A DNA stretch of 64,000 nt from Mayamaea pseudoterrestris (GCA_027923505.1 BROI01000004.1:806001-870000); one strand, 5' to 3'; positions 46,698 through 59,138 are shown, counted from the first letter of the stretch. The notes: generated from the letters alone by a model not told the origin. Numbers and translations are program-made.

Positions 46698-49649
46698 GGA
46701 AACAACTTAACGATAAGGGAGCTCGTTTACTATACCATACGAACTGTGTTATTCTCGTGTAGCTGTTTGTTTACTTATAGTCATTCAATCTCTTTCAAGT
46801 GCCGAACGACAGGATTTTCGCTCGTAATGCTCATCCCGGTGGAGAAGGCTACCGTTTACGAAAGCTAGCTGGCGCGCTGTGAATCTCTTGGAACAATTTG
46901 CAAATCACGTCATCCAACAAGATGAATGGCAAGTGCTTGTCATTCTTATACTGTCAAGTGCAATTGAAAAGTAGCGAGGTGTTGATGTTAGATTTGTCGC
47001 GCTGAGTAGCTTCGATGCTACCAGAGCGTATGGGTGGACGGTAAGCTCACCATCATGATCATTGAGCATAGAGGCGTCCACATCGCGCTTGCTCCTCGTC
47101 CCCGACAGCGTCGCCAGCCACAAGCAGCATCACACTTGTAATAACAAGTCAAGGTTGTTTTCGCCAGCAATACCAGTAGTCGGCAGACTTGGCAACACTT
47201 GCAGTTGCAAAAATGACGACCATGGTCGTTCAGCGCGCTCATACATCATCGGTTTCCGTGTCAACGATACACGGCAATGGCATTTTAGCAAGATCGCTTT
47301 AATTTAAATCACAGTCAGTGCTACCCATGCTGTTCATGAAGCATCAGGCGGCAGTCAGATGCTGCTACCTTTCAATGACAAAGCTCACTAGCTTTTATGG
47401 TACCGGTATGTGAGGCTATGTTCCTGGTGGGGCGCCACGTACCATTGTCGGCATGTCATTTGTTCGCGAACGCGGCAGAGCCAGCGCATCGAGCTGACGA
47501 CATTATTGCAAGTCGATCATAGGGCTTGAATATCCACGTAATCATAAAATTCTACCCTTGTCACAGAGCATTGCGGTCGGAATGATGCAGATGCAAACGT
47601 GTCCGGCCACAAGCAAAAGGTACCCATCATTGTTCCTTCATTCGGCCCGTCCCTGACAACTCCCGCCATCCTTATACATCCTGATATGCTGGGCCTCGGC
47701 AGCTTGGCGCTGTGCATCATTCTCCTGCAATCTATAAATAGGCTCCTCCGCACCTCATCCAGTTGTGTAAGTAGACCATATAGAAGTTCCATCAAGACCT
47801 GTTTCACAATAAAGTCGCAAGCGCTCCATACGCTCGTTGTTGGGTTGTTGGCGCGAGCTCCCATTGAGCACGACTATCGGCGTACCTACCTGGGCATGTA
47901 GATCTAGGACTAGAGGCGCTTATTCGGGAATTGAGTCTCAAGCGCTCTGCGCGCTCGATCTCGGCCTGCTGACGCGCCTCTTCGAGCTGTCGAGCAAGCG
48001 CCTCGGTCCACTGACATTGACTACACAGTTTTTTGCTAGCGTTTCAGAACGTCTATCTTGCTCTCCGAGCGGTCGATCAAGCATCTGGGTCTGCTCGCGT
48101 TGGTACTTGAGTATTTGATCAGGCTGCTGACAAAGTTGTAGATAACTCGGACTTGCATAGCAGAAATAATGGCTTGGAGAGTTTTACGACACTCTTGCTG
48201 GTAGGCGCATATGGCCCGGAGCTCAACTAACGATGCTTCTGTGTCTGTCTTGGTGTTCCTGGGTTCGCGGCTTTTGCAAAGTATGAATGTAGGCCCGACA
48301 AATTTTAAAGTGATCATCCGGACGATAAGTTGCAACCAGGACGAGAGAACTGCGAGGACCACAGATTGGGGCGGACCGAGTAGAGGGTGCTCTCAGAGTA
48401 AAGGACTATTCTGAGTTCGAAGAAAGCCAACGTGGCGTCAGAGATTGCCAACAAGAGTCTTAACTGAACATAGCCGCATTGATCTTCTTTATCGGCTTCG
48501 TTCCTATCGATTTCCGGAGAAAGGCTCTCGCGGCTTCAAATGTGATTAGCTTATTGTCGATAGTTGCAGCTCCAGCCATTGTCCCTAGTCCTTTAATAAA
48601 TCTCAGATGATATGGCCACCTTGCAGGAACGTTCGCGGAAGAGAAGAAATACAATGACAAAAATTCTTCAGAAAGGAATATTTTCCAACTGAGCCTACAA
48701 GGCATTGGACGGCCGATGTACCATGTCTCCGTCAAAAACGAGATAACTTGTTTTATCCCAGAAACGAGATAACTTGTTTTATCCCAGATTTCCGTCGCGA
48801 AATGCAATATTTCCAAAGGCAAACTCGACTAGCGCAACATGTTGGTCTTGCAGGGGAACAATTTGATTGCGACGCAAAGAGTTGCGCATCAGCATCAACA
48901 TGGCGAGCAACGTCCAAGTGCATTCGCGGAATCGTACGAGTAGCGGCTTGAAGCTCTAGGCCAACCGCGATATAATCATCCCCGTCGCATTAATTGAAGC
49001 GACCAGGTATAAAATCAACAAGCGGACAAGAAACCGAGAAACCCATGTGAATCAAAAAAGACTTTCAATTGGGTTGTCAGTGGAACAAGGCTGAGACAAA
49101 GTCTCTCCGGCGCACGAAATTCGTAATACTGGGGCATTGTTCCTTCCATTGTGCTTCTCGTCATCGACGTCAAAAAACACTACAACGTCCTCGTCTCGTC
49201 ACGCATAGTCTCGCAGCACGATGCATGATCATGGTCGAATGGTGGCACAAATAATGGATCTTTGCACCTTTGTGCGAAACCAGTGAGACATTTTTAATTT
49301 TTAATACCGATACGATTTTAATGATGAAGGATTTCGGCGACGATTCATCCTCGCACACGATACACTATGACCACAGCCACAACCACGGAGCCTTTCGATT
49401 CATCCGGACTTGCTGATTACCTACTTTTCTGGTGATTCACTGTTTATTTATGCTCGCTCCAGCGTGACGCCATTGAATTGTCGATGCCCAACGACATCGG
49501 GCTCCTACAAGTGCTCGAAAGTCGGACGCTTTCACTACTGATAGTTTATGCTCTCGTATTGTTGTGACATATTGAGCTTTACTATAAAAAAAATCTTAGC
49601 TCGGCCATGGAATTATTCACATGTTCCATAAGCAGTTCTTCTACGTTGT

Positions 49650-49967
49650 TTACTCTTCTCTTCTATCTTCGTCTTCTTTTTCCTCCACCTCCTCTTGGTC
49701 TTCTTCTTCTTTTTCTTCTTCTTCCTCCGTCTCCCCCTCCTTTTCGTCGGACTTCGTCACTCGTGTAGTGACAACGGCGCTGGGAGCCAATCCTTTGGCG
49801 GACATGCTACGAGTCTGGATCGGCTCGCGAGCAGCTTCGGTGGCAGCGCGCTTCGTGTTGCGAGCGGTTGGCTCGGCACGACGTACGGGCGCAAGCGCAA
49901 AATGGTTGTACCCTCTCTTAGAAGGACCTCCAGTGCTCATGCGAGCTGTTCTCTTGGTACGGGCCAT
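49650..49967 (-). CDS. Small histone H3-tail-like protein (105 aa) with Met at the K9 position, no histone fold, acidic C-terminus
   Basis: ATG in a CAACAAGTCATC-ATG-GCC context; MARTKRTARMSTGG versus H3 MARTKQTARKSTGG (12/14 identical); poly-Glu tail. Confidence 0.65.
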   Translation of the reverse strand: MARTKRTARMSTGGPSKRGYNHFALAPVRRAEPTARNTKRAATEAAREPIQTRSMSAKGLAPSAVVTTRVTKSDEKEGETEEEEEKEEEDQEEVEEKEDEDRREE

Positions 49968-50464
49968 GATGACTTGTTGATGGTGTAATGGGCGGGCGAC
50001 GATCCTTGTTTGGTGTGCCGCAAAATCCAACTGGCATAGTCGTGATGCCGTTGCATGTTCCGTGACTTCGGAATTCACAGTCAAACAAAAGCATCCGGGG
50101 TGCAAGCTGACTGGAACAGATGCGGTTCGCACGACTGAAATCCTATCTCTGGAATCGTACTGGCACTCGCGCCTTCCCTTGTTGGATTTCATCTTCGCAC
50201 GCAACGACCACAACCACAAAGTCTTTCAAAAGGCAATTGAAATTACTGCATGAGTAGTTTACGTATAATAGATGAAGAAGCAGCATTGAGAGGTTGCAAA
50301 ACTCATGCGAACTTTGGTTCGGCTCCTGCTCGAAAGGAGGTGCGCCGCGCACCGTCGGTTGGTGCGGCTAAAACGAAATTCCTTGACACTCGTGAACCGT
50401 TGGCGCACCGACATTGATGCAGACTGACAAGCAGCAAACATGATGGCATTATAAGTCGCGTGTT

Positions 50465-51478
50465 ATGATGAAGTGCTTGTCGTTTTCCACCTCCCTTGCT
50501 GCAGTCGCGCTGCTGCTTGTTGCGTCTTGTTTCGTGGAAGGATTACATGCTCAGCAGCTTGATGCAGAGGCTCACCATGCTATGGAACAGAAACATGAGC
50601 ATCGATCACTTGGAGACTCGAGCTGGAGCTTTGCAAATATGATGTGTAAGTCTGTTTGTGTGCACCTGCACGTCAATCATAAATCCAGCTTGTCTCAGTA
50701 GTCTCTCGTTCTATACATTCCGTTTTCATCAATAGACCACCTCCATGCTTGTCCACCGCCAGCTCACTGTCCCGGAGGACCTATCGTCAGTCCTCTCCAC
50801 CCATGTGGATGCCCCGACTGCTCCAAGCCGCATCCAAACGATCCAGCTTTCGCGCATGGTTACTGCTACGTTGCATCGTCAAGCAGCGAGTCTTCCTACG
50901 AGGAGGCAACGTCTTCCTACAATTCCACGGAAAGTTTACAAGAAGAAGAAACGGCGCAGAATGGAGCTGCTTCCAACTCGTCGGCCAATTGGATGTTTAG
51001 TCCGCTCTACTACGTGATTGGTGGAGCAGTCCTTGCCGTTGGAGCAGCGGCGGTGATCATGCGACAACGCAACAACAAGACTAGCAACGAATTATTGCTT
51101 GACGACGACGAACACGACGGCAGCAACAACAACAACATGTTGAGCAGCTTGTCGCGGCGCGTCGGTTTGCTAGCAGCGGCTGGTACGGCTGGTGTTGCGG
51201 CAGCCATTGGCTTTGCGGGACGACGAAACAAGCATTATCGATCCGACGCAAGCCTTGGAGACTTGTCGGGCAGTGTCGGCCGGAGAATGCGATCCGTTGA
51301 AACGGGGGGTGACGCTTCGTCTCCTTACTATTGTCGAGAAGAGGAAGTGCCTCCCATGTTTGTCAATGTTCCGGACAAGGGAACTTATTCGCCCGACCCA
51401 ACCTTGGTGGAGCATCCGGAATCAGTGGAAGTGGAAGGCCCGTACCGGCCATCTTCGTATTACTCTGCTTGCGTCTAA
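50465..51478 (+). CDS. Single-pass secretory-pathway protein, silicalemma-associated-protein (SAP)-like architecture; intron 50646-50735
   Basis: Signal peptide, RSL (RXL) motif, Cys/His/Pro-rich then Ser/Glu-rich luminal part, TM YVIGGAVLAVGAAAVIM, cytosolic LSGSVGRRM motif; the intron restores the frame. Confidence 0.7.
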
Positions 51479-51686
51479 GGAAAATTGATGCTTGTTGGCA
51501 ATGTAATATTATGTAACTCTGTATTATTTAAAAAAAGAAAAGGAATGGAACTACAACGTTGTTGGCAAGCTACTGGAGTAATATTCAAATTGAATTCTCG
51601 TTAGCACACCTCAGTGCACTAGCCGCACTATTCTTCGACGTAAAGAAACCGTCGACTTCAGTGTAGCGTTCAAATAAGCTACTGTA

Positions 51687-53545
51687 CTACTTAAGACCAC
51701 TCACGCTCGTTTCGCAAATTTCTGGAGCATGTTCTGCTTTATCCAAGCCATTCACCGTCTTTGCATTATCCCCTCCCTCAGTCTCGTCCAACCAGTCAAT
51801 GAACAAAAGAGGAATTAGCGAGCTAACATTGCAGACAACCGTCAGCCATGCCCTGTCGTAGAGTGAGGAAAAGTGTGTAAGCTTACAGTAGCCTCCATCC
51901 ACCAACAACCCTCGAACCATGCATGGAGCACTCACAAGTTGTCAAAATTGTCGCCTGTTATACCGGCCATCTTTGTCAATAGCGCTCCAAGCTCCGTCCC
52001 TAATGTTCCAGCAGCATTGTTAATGGACATGAGCGTTGCAAACAGCACCGCCTCGATGCCAGGCGGGCATAGTCGAGCCGCCAAGACGAGTGTTGGCATG
52101 AAGGAGATCTGTCCAAGCGCTGCCAGCGCAGCATCGTCCCCAAAGATGAGTGCAGTATCCGGAATGCCTAGCGCGCGGTTAACGTGGGTAATGAGCAAGA
52201 CAGGAAGCATGCCAAGTGGAAAGGATGCGAGCGTGCACCAAAACAGCACATTCTTAATGGATGCCGTTTTCAAATAAGTTTGATATAAAAATACTCCCAC
52301 AAGGCCTGCTCCTGCAGTGAGTAGCCGCACGCGACCAAGAAATTCTGGACCTAGACCAAGGTCGTTGGAAAGAAAGAAGAAAAATGCACCATCGGCCGTT
52401 GGAGTGGCTTGCCAAAGAAAGATGAAAGCAGCTGGTTTGTAAATTGATGGCTTCCGAAGAGCCGACCAAAGTAGATCAAGCTGCTCCTGCATTCCTTGAC
52501 TCTTAGTACTGCCCGTTTCGATAGATGCCTCATCAGCGCGTGTTGCTGCTACGGAACTGTCATTGTTCTCGTCAACTGCAGCATTTCTGTCCTTTTGTTC
52601 GTTCACTCCAAACGAAATGGCCGCCACCAGAAACGGCAAGACGGCTGTAATGCCAAATACGTTTCTCACGCTCAGCACTTCCAATAGCGATCCGCTATAG
52701 TAGGCTGAGAGAATACTTCCCGCACTAGCCGCGCCCCAGCAGAGGCTCTGCAATCCGCCCGCCACCTTGTCATCGTTGGCATACTTTTGCGTCTCCTGCA
52801 CTACAATGCCGTCGGCGACAACGTCACTCATAGCGATGCATGCGCTCGCAAGCGTCAACGCAATGACTGTGCCAGTCATAGCTGTCGAAGCATCGAGCGA
52901 ATCCCACACCAAATCGGTTCCAAGTAGCAAGTAGCAAACTCCGGCCAATAATCCAGCGACAATGAGGTAACTCTTGCGTCTATATCCAAACAGCTTGTAT
53001 CCATCCGAAAGGAATCCATATAGCGGTTTAATGGTCCATGGCAAACTAAAGAGTCCAGTCAGTCCACTAAGCTCGGCTGGTCCCAGGTGTAACGTGTCTT
53101 TCAAAAGGTAGGTTTGTGCTAGCCGTGCCAGTCCAAGGGCCCCTTGAACAAAGTAGATGGTCACAATGGCAGCAAGTTCTGGAGACGGATCAATCCCCAA
53201 TAATATCTTGTCTTTTAAAAATGATGTCACTAGTGAAGGTGACTTTGTAGAGTCTTCGTCGACATTGGGAGACGAAGAAGGATCGGCTAGAAGGAGGCGT
53301 GTTGTCGAGGAAAATACTGCAGGCTCATGTCGCTCTGCAGCTCGATGATGACAGTTTCGCAGTAAGCTTGGCCTTATGAATGCATCTGTATAAGTAAGGT
53401 AGAGTAGAATCAATGAAATTTGTAGATATAACCAACTTAGTCGCTGCGAACAAACCGCCATTGCCAAGAAAGTGGTCTGCCGAAGAATTTGTGAGGATCG
53501 CGCGGGCGAGATTTCCGAAGAGGTCGGACCGGTACTCACTTCCAT
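51687..53545 (-). CDS. Folate-biopterin transporter (BT1/FBT, MFS), probably plastid-targeted; intron 51853-51935
   Basis: IYFVQGALGLARLA, LPWTIKPLYGFLSD, LQSLCWG, FMPTLVLAARLCPPGIEAVLFATLMS; start could be MAVC at ~53461. Confidence 0.93.
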
Positions 53546-53702
53546 TCAAAAGTTCAAAAGCGCGCGACGAAGCAAGATCGAATTCAAGATTGATCTCACA
53601 TGTCTTGATGCTAGAGTACTCAGCCAAACCATTTTCATCGAACTACCGGTAAACATCGTCATCGGGTCAAACAAGTGACGCTTTTCGTGTGCTCTTCAAA
53701 GC

Positions 53703-55250
53703 ATGGACACTAATCTGAGTGACAGCGGCCACCCGCTTGATTCCAAGGAACACCTTCAAGACTACGGCTTTTCCGAGTCAAACTGTCAAAAATGTGGCGT
53801 CCACAACAGTGAGATCAATGGGCTCTTGATGCAATGCGGTAAAGTGAGTTTATACCTTCTTGTGTGCATGTGTGAAACTACTTGTTATGTGGCACTATAG
53901 TGCCTTCCTATAGGAAGCACGGAAGCACACCTCCGCTCACTCGTCCATGCTGTCTGACAGTGCAAGAAAGCATATTACTGCTCGATGAAATGCTTTAATG
54001 AAGGTAAGTCATGCATATGACTGATATTCTTAAACTCACCCTGCTAAGGTTCTCACGATTACGACTGGCTGCCAGATTTACCAAACCACCAAAAATTTTG
54101 CTTGACGAACAGCATAAGAAAGGAGCCGGAACGTCGCGACGAAGAGCAGATCATTTTTGACAAAACAAAAGAGGAAGCAGACAGATTAAAAAGGGAGGCA
54201 GAGGCTGAAGCTGCTAAGAAACGTTGCGAAGAAGAGGAAAGGAAAAAGTTAAAGGCCGAAGCGGACGCGCGTCGGATGCAGGAGGAACAGGAGCGCGAAG
54301 GGAATGAGCAGCAACGCCGAGCCGAGGAGGAACGAGCTAGACTGGCTGCCGATGCAAAGCGTCGTGAAGAGGAAGAGCGTGCTCGAGTTGAAGCGTTGCG
54401 TCAGGCAGATGAAGAAAAACGGGCTTGTGCGAGAGAGAAGGAATGTCGACGTGAGGAGGAAGAAAAGGCTCGGCTTGAAGCTCTTTGCTTAGCTGAACAA
54501 GCAAGGTTGGCGCGCCTGGTAGAGGAGCAACGTCGTTTAGATGAAGAGAAAGCTCGGGTGGAGGTGTTGCGAAAAGTCGAAGAAGCGAGGCGGACTCGCG
54601 AGTTGGAAGAGCAGCGTCGACTCGAAGAAGAGAAAGCTCGGATGGACGCGTTGCGACAAGTCGAAGAAGAACGAAAGGCTCGCGAGTTGGAGGATCGCCG
54701 TCGTTGTGAGGCCGCTGAAAAAGCTAGACTCGAGATACTGCGTCGAGAAGAAGAAAGGGTTCGACGAGAAGTTATGGCTGAACGAGCGCGAGAAGCGGAG
54801 CACGCTCGAGTCGCTGCTGCCGAGGAAGCACGCCAACTCGCTGAAGAGCTAGAGCTTTTGGAGCTTGAATGCAAACGGCGTGAAGAAGCCGAACGAGAGC
54901 GGCAAAAGGAGGAAGCCGCTCGGAAGAAAGCGGAGGAAAAGGAAGCACGTTTAGTGAATGCGCGGCAACTTGCCGAGGAGCAGAGGCAAAAGACGATAAA
55001 GATTCGTCGTGATGGTGCATACATACATTGGCAGCGACTGAATCGACCGACTCGCGACAAGATGAAGGAAACTCTACATTCATTAGGCGACACAAGCGTG
55101 ACTGTGGACGACGCTGATTTGCTTCCATGGATGCCTCATAATCGTACCGTAGACATTCGCGAGATGAACAAGAATGCGGTTGAAGGAGATGGTTTTTGGG
55201 GAACTATTAAAGAGGAGACCGTTATTCTCGACAATGCTAATAATCGGTAG
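53703..55250 (+). CDS. MYND zinc-finger protein with a long E/R-rich charged helix; introns 53844-53960 and 54004-54075
   Basis: Spliced CQKC...QCGK|CKKAYYCSMKCFNE|DLPNHQKFC; E/R/A-rich helix; C-terminal DLLPW domain. Confidence 0.85.
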
Positions 55251-55470
55251 CTGGGAGCATCGGCACGACGTGTAATAAGTACGTATACAGCTGTATACGA
55301 GACTTTCCAGCCAGAAAAATTCAACAAAATTGTAGCGACATAGTGGAAACGACAGTAAAGTACAGATATGGTATTCAATTTGTTTTTAAAATAAGTCCAT
55401 TCGCCTTTAATGTTGCGCCGCCTGGGGCTCGGCAGTGATGCAGCAAATAGTAATAACTTGCGCAAATGAT

Positions 55471-56268
55471 TCAATTCGCCACCGTGCACGGCGAATAACA
55501 CATGGTAAGCCGATCTTTTATTCCGTGCCAAGCTCCTATATACCACGGTTCTGGCTGATTCATACTGTTAGAATGCGATAGATGTTCTGCAGGCACATGC
55601 TCGAATCGTCGCTCCGTGTATCCGTCACCTTGCCAAACAACCTCCTTTCTTCCATCTGGATAAAATGTCGTAGTTTCAGTCGTTGTATACTTTTTGCCAT
55701 TTACTAGTCGAGTCGTTGTTGACGTGTAGGTCCGCTTTCCACTAGTGGGACTTTGTGTAAATTGTGACGAGCCAAAGGCAAATGAAAGGCCACCACTTTT
55801 CAAATGCAGCCGCGAGGGAATTGATACACCGCAATGCGAAATTTTGGACTGAACCTTGCCGCTCGTGTACAAAAAAGCAAATGGATCTCCACAGGTATAA
55901 CCAATGCCTGTTGATTTGCGTTTCCGACTCGTTGTGTCTGTCGTATCTGTCGATTCTTGTTGTGGCTTTGGACGAGGAATAAATGTTGCATCGTCAAAGT
56001 CAGTCTTCTTCTCCTCCTCGTGGCTGCCATCGTATCCACCGTACTTGTAAATGTGATCATATTGCGCCTTTTGCCTTACATCTGTAAGAAGCTCATACGC
56101 TTGCGCAATCTTGGCGAACCGTTGCGTTGCCAAATCCTTCTCCGTTTCCGGGGCGCAAACATATCGATCAGGATGATGCTTTCGAGCAAGCAAATGGTAT
56201 GATCGCTTAATGTCAGCAGGTGTAGCCGTATGCGGCAAATCTAGAGCGGCGTATGGATCCGACACCAT
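55471..56268 (-). CDS. DnaJ (J-domain) protein
   Basis: DPYAALDL...DIKRSYHLLARKHHPDR...FAKIAQAYELLTD. Confidence 0.93.
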   Translation of the reverse strand: MVSDPYAALDLPHTATPADIKRSYHLLARKHHPDRYVCAPETEKDLATQRFAKIAQAYELLTDVRQKAQYDHIYKYGGYDGSHEEEKKTDFDDATFIPRPKPQQESTDTTDTTSRKRKSTGIGYTCGDPFAFLYTSGKVQSKISHCGVSIPSRLHLKSGGLSFAFGSSQFTQSPTSGKRTYTSTTTRLVNGKKYTTTETTTFYPDGRKEVVWQGDGYTERRFEHVPAEHLSHSNSMNQPEPWYIGAWHGIKDRLTMCYSPCTVAN

Positions 56269-56756
56269 GGTGATTGCGTATGATTGCCTTGCAATGATAT
56301 TCCTCTCGAAAGTTGCGGCAGTTAGCGTTGCTCGTGCACGCGCAGCCACTCGTGTTACCGTTCTGAAACCGCTATACCCTGTTCGACGTCGGATGTTGCT
56401 TCGCTGCTACGAGCCACAATGTTCTACAGAAATCAAGCGATAGGTCAAAGGATGAATGGAAATCGTATCTAACTATTGTCGCTTTTTCCGTGTACCATGC
56501 TTTGCTGTTTCGCTGGCCGGAAGCTTTGGATGGCTTTGAACGTTTCGGTTTTGGCGAGCGGGCAAGTCGCGCTTGGATCGCAAATAATTAGCGAACGCAT
56601 GCGCGCCGGCCTTGCTGGCGGAGGTTTTGGACGCATAGCTATGTTTTGTCACCCTATTATGGCTTAAAGCAGCGGTTCCGTTTGTATAGAGCGTATATTT
56701 TGTAATAAACCACGCAAATCATATTTTAACGATACTTGCCATTATGGGAGCATTGC

Positions 56757-59138
56757 TTAGTTATCGCCATTGACCATGTACGAGCTTTGTGAAATCCCGA
56801 GACATGTTGCCGCCAGTTCGACGCTGCGCGTCACATGAGCCACGGAGAAGCGGTTGTCAAGTCCTAAAATATATTGCAGTAGCTCCAAGCGCAAACATGG
56901 CGAGTGCATTTTGGATAGCATTGCGTCAATGGCCTTTAAGAATCGGAACGAGTTGAAGTCCGTGTTGCTGACCGCAGTCTTGAGCTGCTCAGCAAAATTT
57001 CGTCGATTTGTTATAGCCTTTCCACTCACAAATGCCATAAAGTTAGAAGGATTTTCCGAAGCAATCTTAAGATCGCCTTGCGCAGACTTTTGATCATACC
57101 ATGACGAGATGCGAAAGGCCATGTTTTGCTCCCCGTGATTGACCCACTCTTCTACTGCAGCAACTGCCTCGAATGCTCTCGTTCTTGCACTGCCATCCTG
57201 CATGGCTCTCAATACTTGGGCCGCCCCAAGGACAGCCAAGAGTCCGTCAGAATTTGTGGCACTCCGTAGTCGATCAGTGTCGAGCGGAGGAGGAGGTGGC
57301 GGCGGGGCTGGGAAATCAATCATTTCGCCGTGACTACCTTGGACAGCCAATTCTAATTCCTTCTTCATTATTGCGGGATCCCTGCCTAAGGAACTTGAAC
57401 GCGAAAGCTTCGGACTGTTAGGAGAAACCGCCGATTGGTTGTCAGTGGTATCAAATGTATCGGCGTTTCCCAGCAACTTGTTTTCGTGAGTTTGCTCGCT
57501 ACTTTGAGCGGAAGCCACAAGAGTGTAAAGAATCAAGAGCTGCCGTGACGTGTGATAGTCTCCGGATCTGACCGCGGCTGCCATGCCTTCATTGACAACA
57601 TCCTGCAGCTTGTGACTCGCGGCCTCGCCTTCAACTTGTTCTTGGTTTTCTTGTCGGTCATTCTCCATCAACTCCTTCAAAATCGTGGCGACACTGTAGT
57701 CAGTAGCTCCAAACCCACCCGCCAGTCTCGCTAATTCTTCCGGAGTCAGCGTAGATCGAATGCTTTCATCGAAGTCAAGCAGCTCTTCGACTTTCTGCTG
57801 AAACGATGCCTCCTCCGTGTTTGCAATGGTTGTTTTGTGCGCAATGTTAATGTTTTGGAATGGGTTCAGGTTGGTTGAAGCAACTTTCCACAGCTCTTGC
57901 TGCAATGCGTCAGTCAGTACACGAACTCCAGTCTCTGGCGTAATGTACAAGAGTGGAACTGTTTTCATGTGTTCCTCGCCCAAAACGTGCATCAATCGAG
58001 CACGCGTTCGTACCATGGTGATTAAATGTCCAAAGTGAGCAGTGCGAACAAACAGCGCCACTGGTAGACCAACGCCATGTTCAAACGTCCTTTTAATTTT
58101 CTGTCCAGTGACAACATCCTTGCCACAAACAATGCGACCAAATCCACCAACCCGTTGGAACACTTCATTATACGGAATCGCATTCAATCCAGACACTTTT
58201 CGTAAGCCAACCATGTACTCCTTCTTGGTCAAGTAGTCGTCATTATACTTTCTTAACACACTCAATGGTTGCAGCGCCTCTTGTCGTCCATTGATGAGCA
58301 TTCCCTGCGAGTTGCGGTTGAACTCCGTCTTGGCGCTGTAGCCTGCCGGCCATGCCCACGTCATGCTTTGCGCAGCAGCCACGGTTTCCTCGTCTTGTGA
58401 ATCGTAGTCGGGCAAAGAAAAGACGACACCAACTGTATAACTAGTCGTGGAACCGTAGCAGCGCATTTTCCGTCCACTGCTTGGCAAGAGTGTGGTGGAC
58501 GTGATGAACGAATTGAAGGGACGCTGCGAACCATCGGGCGGCTGGTCGAAGTGACTTGGATGCAAGCCGTGGGTAACGGAGCGCGTTTCGATAAAGCGAT
58601 GGATAAAGGAGGTCCAGTCCTCGTTTTGAATCGTCTTGACCACGGCGCGTTGCTCGTTGAGCCTTGTAACAACTTCTTGCTCGGCTGGCGTCAGCGAAAC
58701 GTTAGTTGGTGTTTTTGAATCAAATGGCCCCTGCTGCAGCAGCGGCAAAAAGTTATCGCCAGCGCCAAGCTCCAGTGGCTTGAGCGGTTGCGCCTTTTCG
58801 ACAAAGCCAGCCACATCAATTGCCACTTCATTTTGATGGGTGAACGTTGCTGCTGCTGTATCAGGTACATCCGACATGGTGGACCGTCGCGTCGTCAGAT
58901 TGTCATGATTCTGCGCGGCGCGACGCAACTGGTCGCGAAAGACAATGCTGCGCGCACTCGCGTGATACACCAGGACGGGTGGTGGCAAGTCGCCAGCAGT
59001 AGCAGAATGATGGACTGCAGCAGGAGCAGGCGGAAGGCTGCCTTCGTCGTCGGATGCAGGGCTGCTCCACGAGTTTCTTCGCACATGGGACTTTGCATTT
59101 GTGTCAGTTGTAATCTTGTGATCTGGAGGCGTCTGCAT
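56757..59138 (-). CDS. Hypothetical protein (793 aa)
   Basis: Long uninterrupted ORF with globular-looking segments (TWAWPAGYSAKTEFN; CLRLELLQYILGLDNR); no family recognised. Confidence 0.85.
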   Translation of the reverse strand: MQTPPDHKITTDTNAKSHVRRNSWSSPASDDEGSLPPAPAAVHHSATAGDLPPPVLVYHASARSIVFRDQLRRAAQNHDNLTTRRSTMSDVPDTAAATFTHQNEVAIDVAGFVEKAQPLKPLELGAGDNFLPLLQQGPFDSKTPTNVSLTPAEQEVVTRLNEQRAVVKTIQNEDWTSFIHRFIETRSVTHGLHPSHFDQPPDGSQRPFNSFITSTTLLPSSGRKMRCYGSTTSYTVGVVFSLPDYDSQDEETVAAAQSMTWAWPAGYSAKTEFNRNSQGMLINGRQEALQPLSVLRKYNDDYLTKKEYMVGLRKVSGLNAIPYNEVFQRVGGFGRIVCGKDVVTGQKIKRTFEHGVGLPVALFVRTAHFGHLITMVRTRARLMHVLGEEHMKTVPLLYITPETGVRVLTDALQQELWKVASTNLNPFQNINIAHKTTIANTEEASFQQKVEELLDFDESIRSTLTPEELARLAGGFGATDYSVATILKELMENDRQENQEQVEGEAASHKLQDVVNEGMAAAVRSGDYHTSRQLLILYTLVASAQSSEQTHENKLLGNADTFDTTDNQSAVSPNSPKLSRSSSLGRDPAIMKKELELAVQGSHGEMIDFPAPPPPPPPLDTDRLRSATNSDGLLAVLGAAQVLRAMQDGSARTRAFEAVAAVEEWVNHGEQNMAFRISSWYDQKSAQGDLKIASENPSNFMAFVSGKAITNRRNFAEQLKTAVSNTDFNSFRFLKAIDAMLSKMHSPCLRLELLQYILGLDNRFSVAHVTRSVELAATCLGISQSSYMVNGDN

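Noticed and set aside
49650..50219. Canonical histone H3 or CenH3 gene, or the 189-aa ORF as listed
   Set aside because: No histone-fold sequence follows the tail. The upstream 84 codons start at a non-ATG codon and would bury the ARTK terminus, so the ATG at 49967 is preferred.
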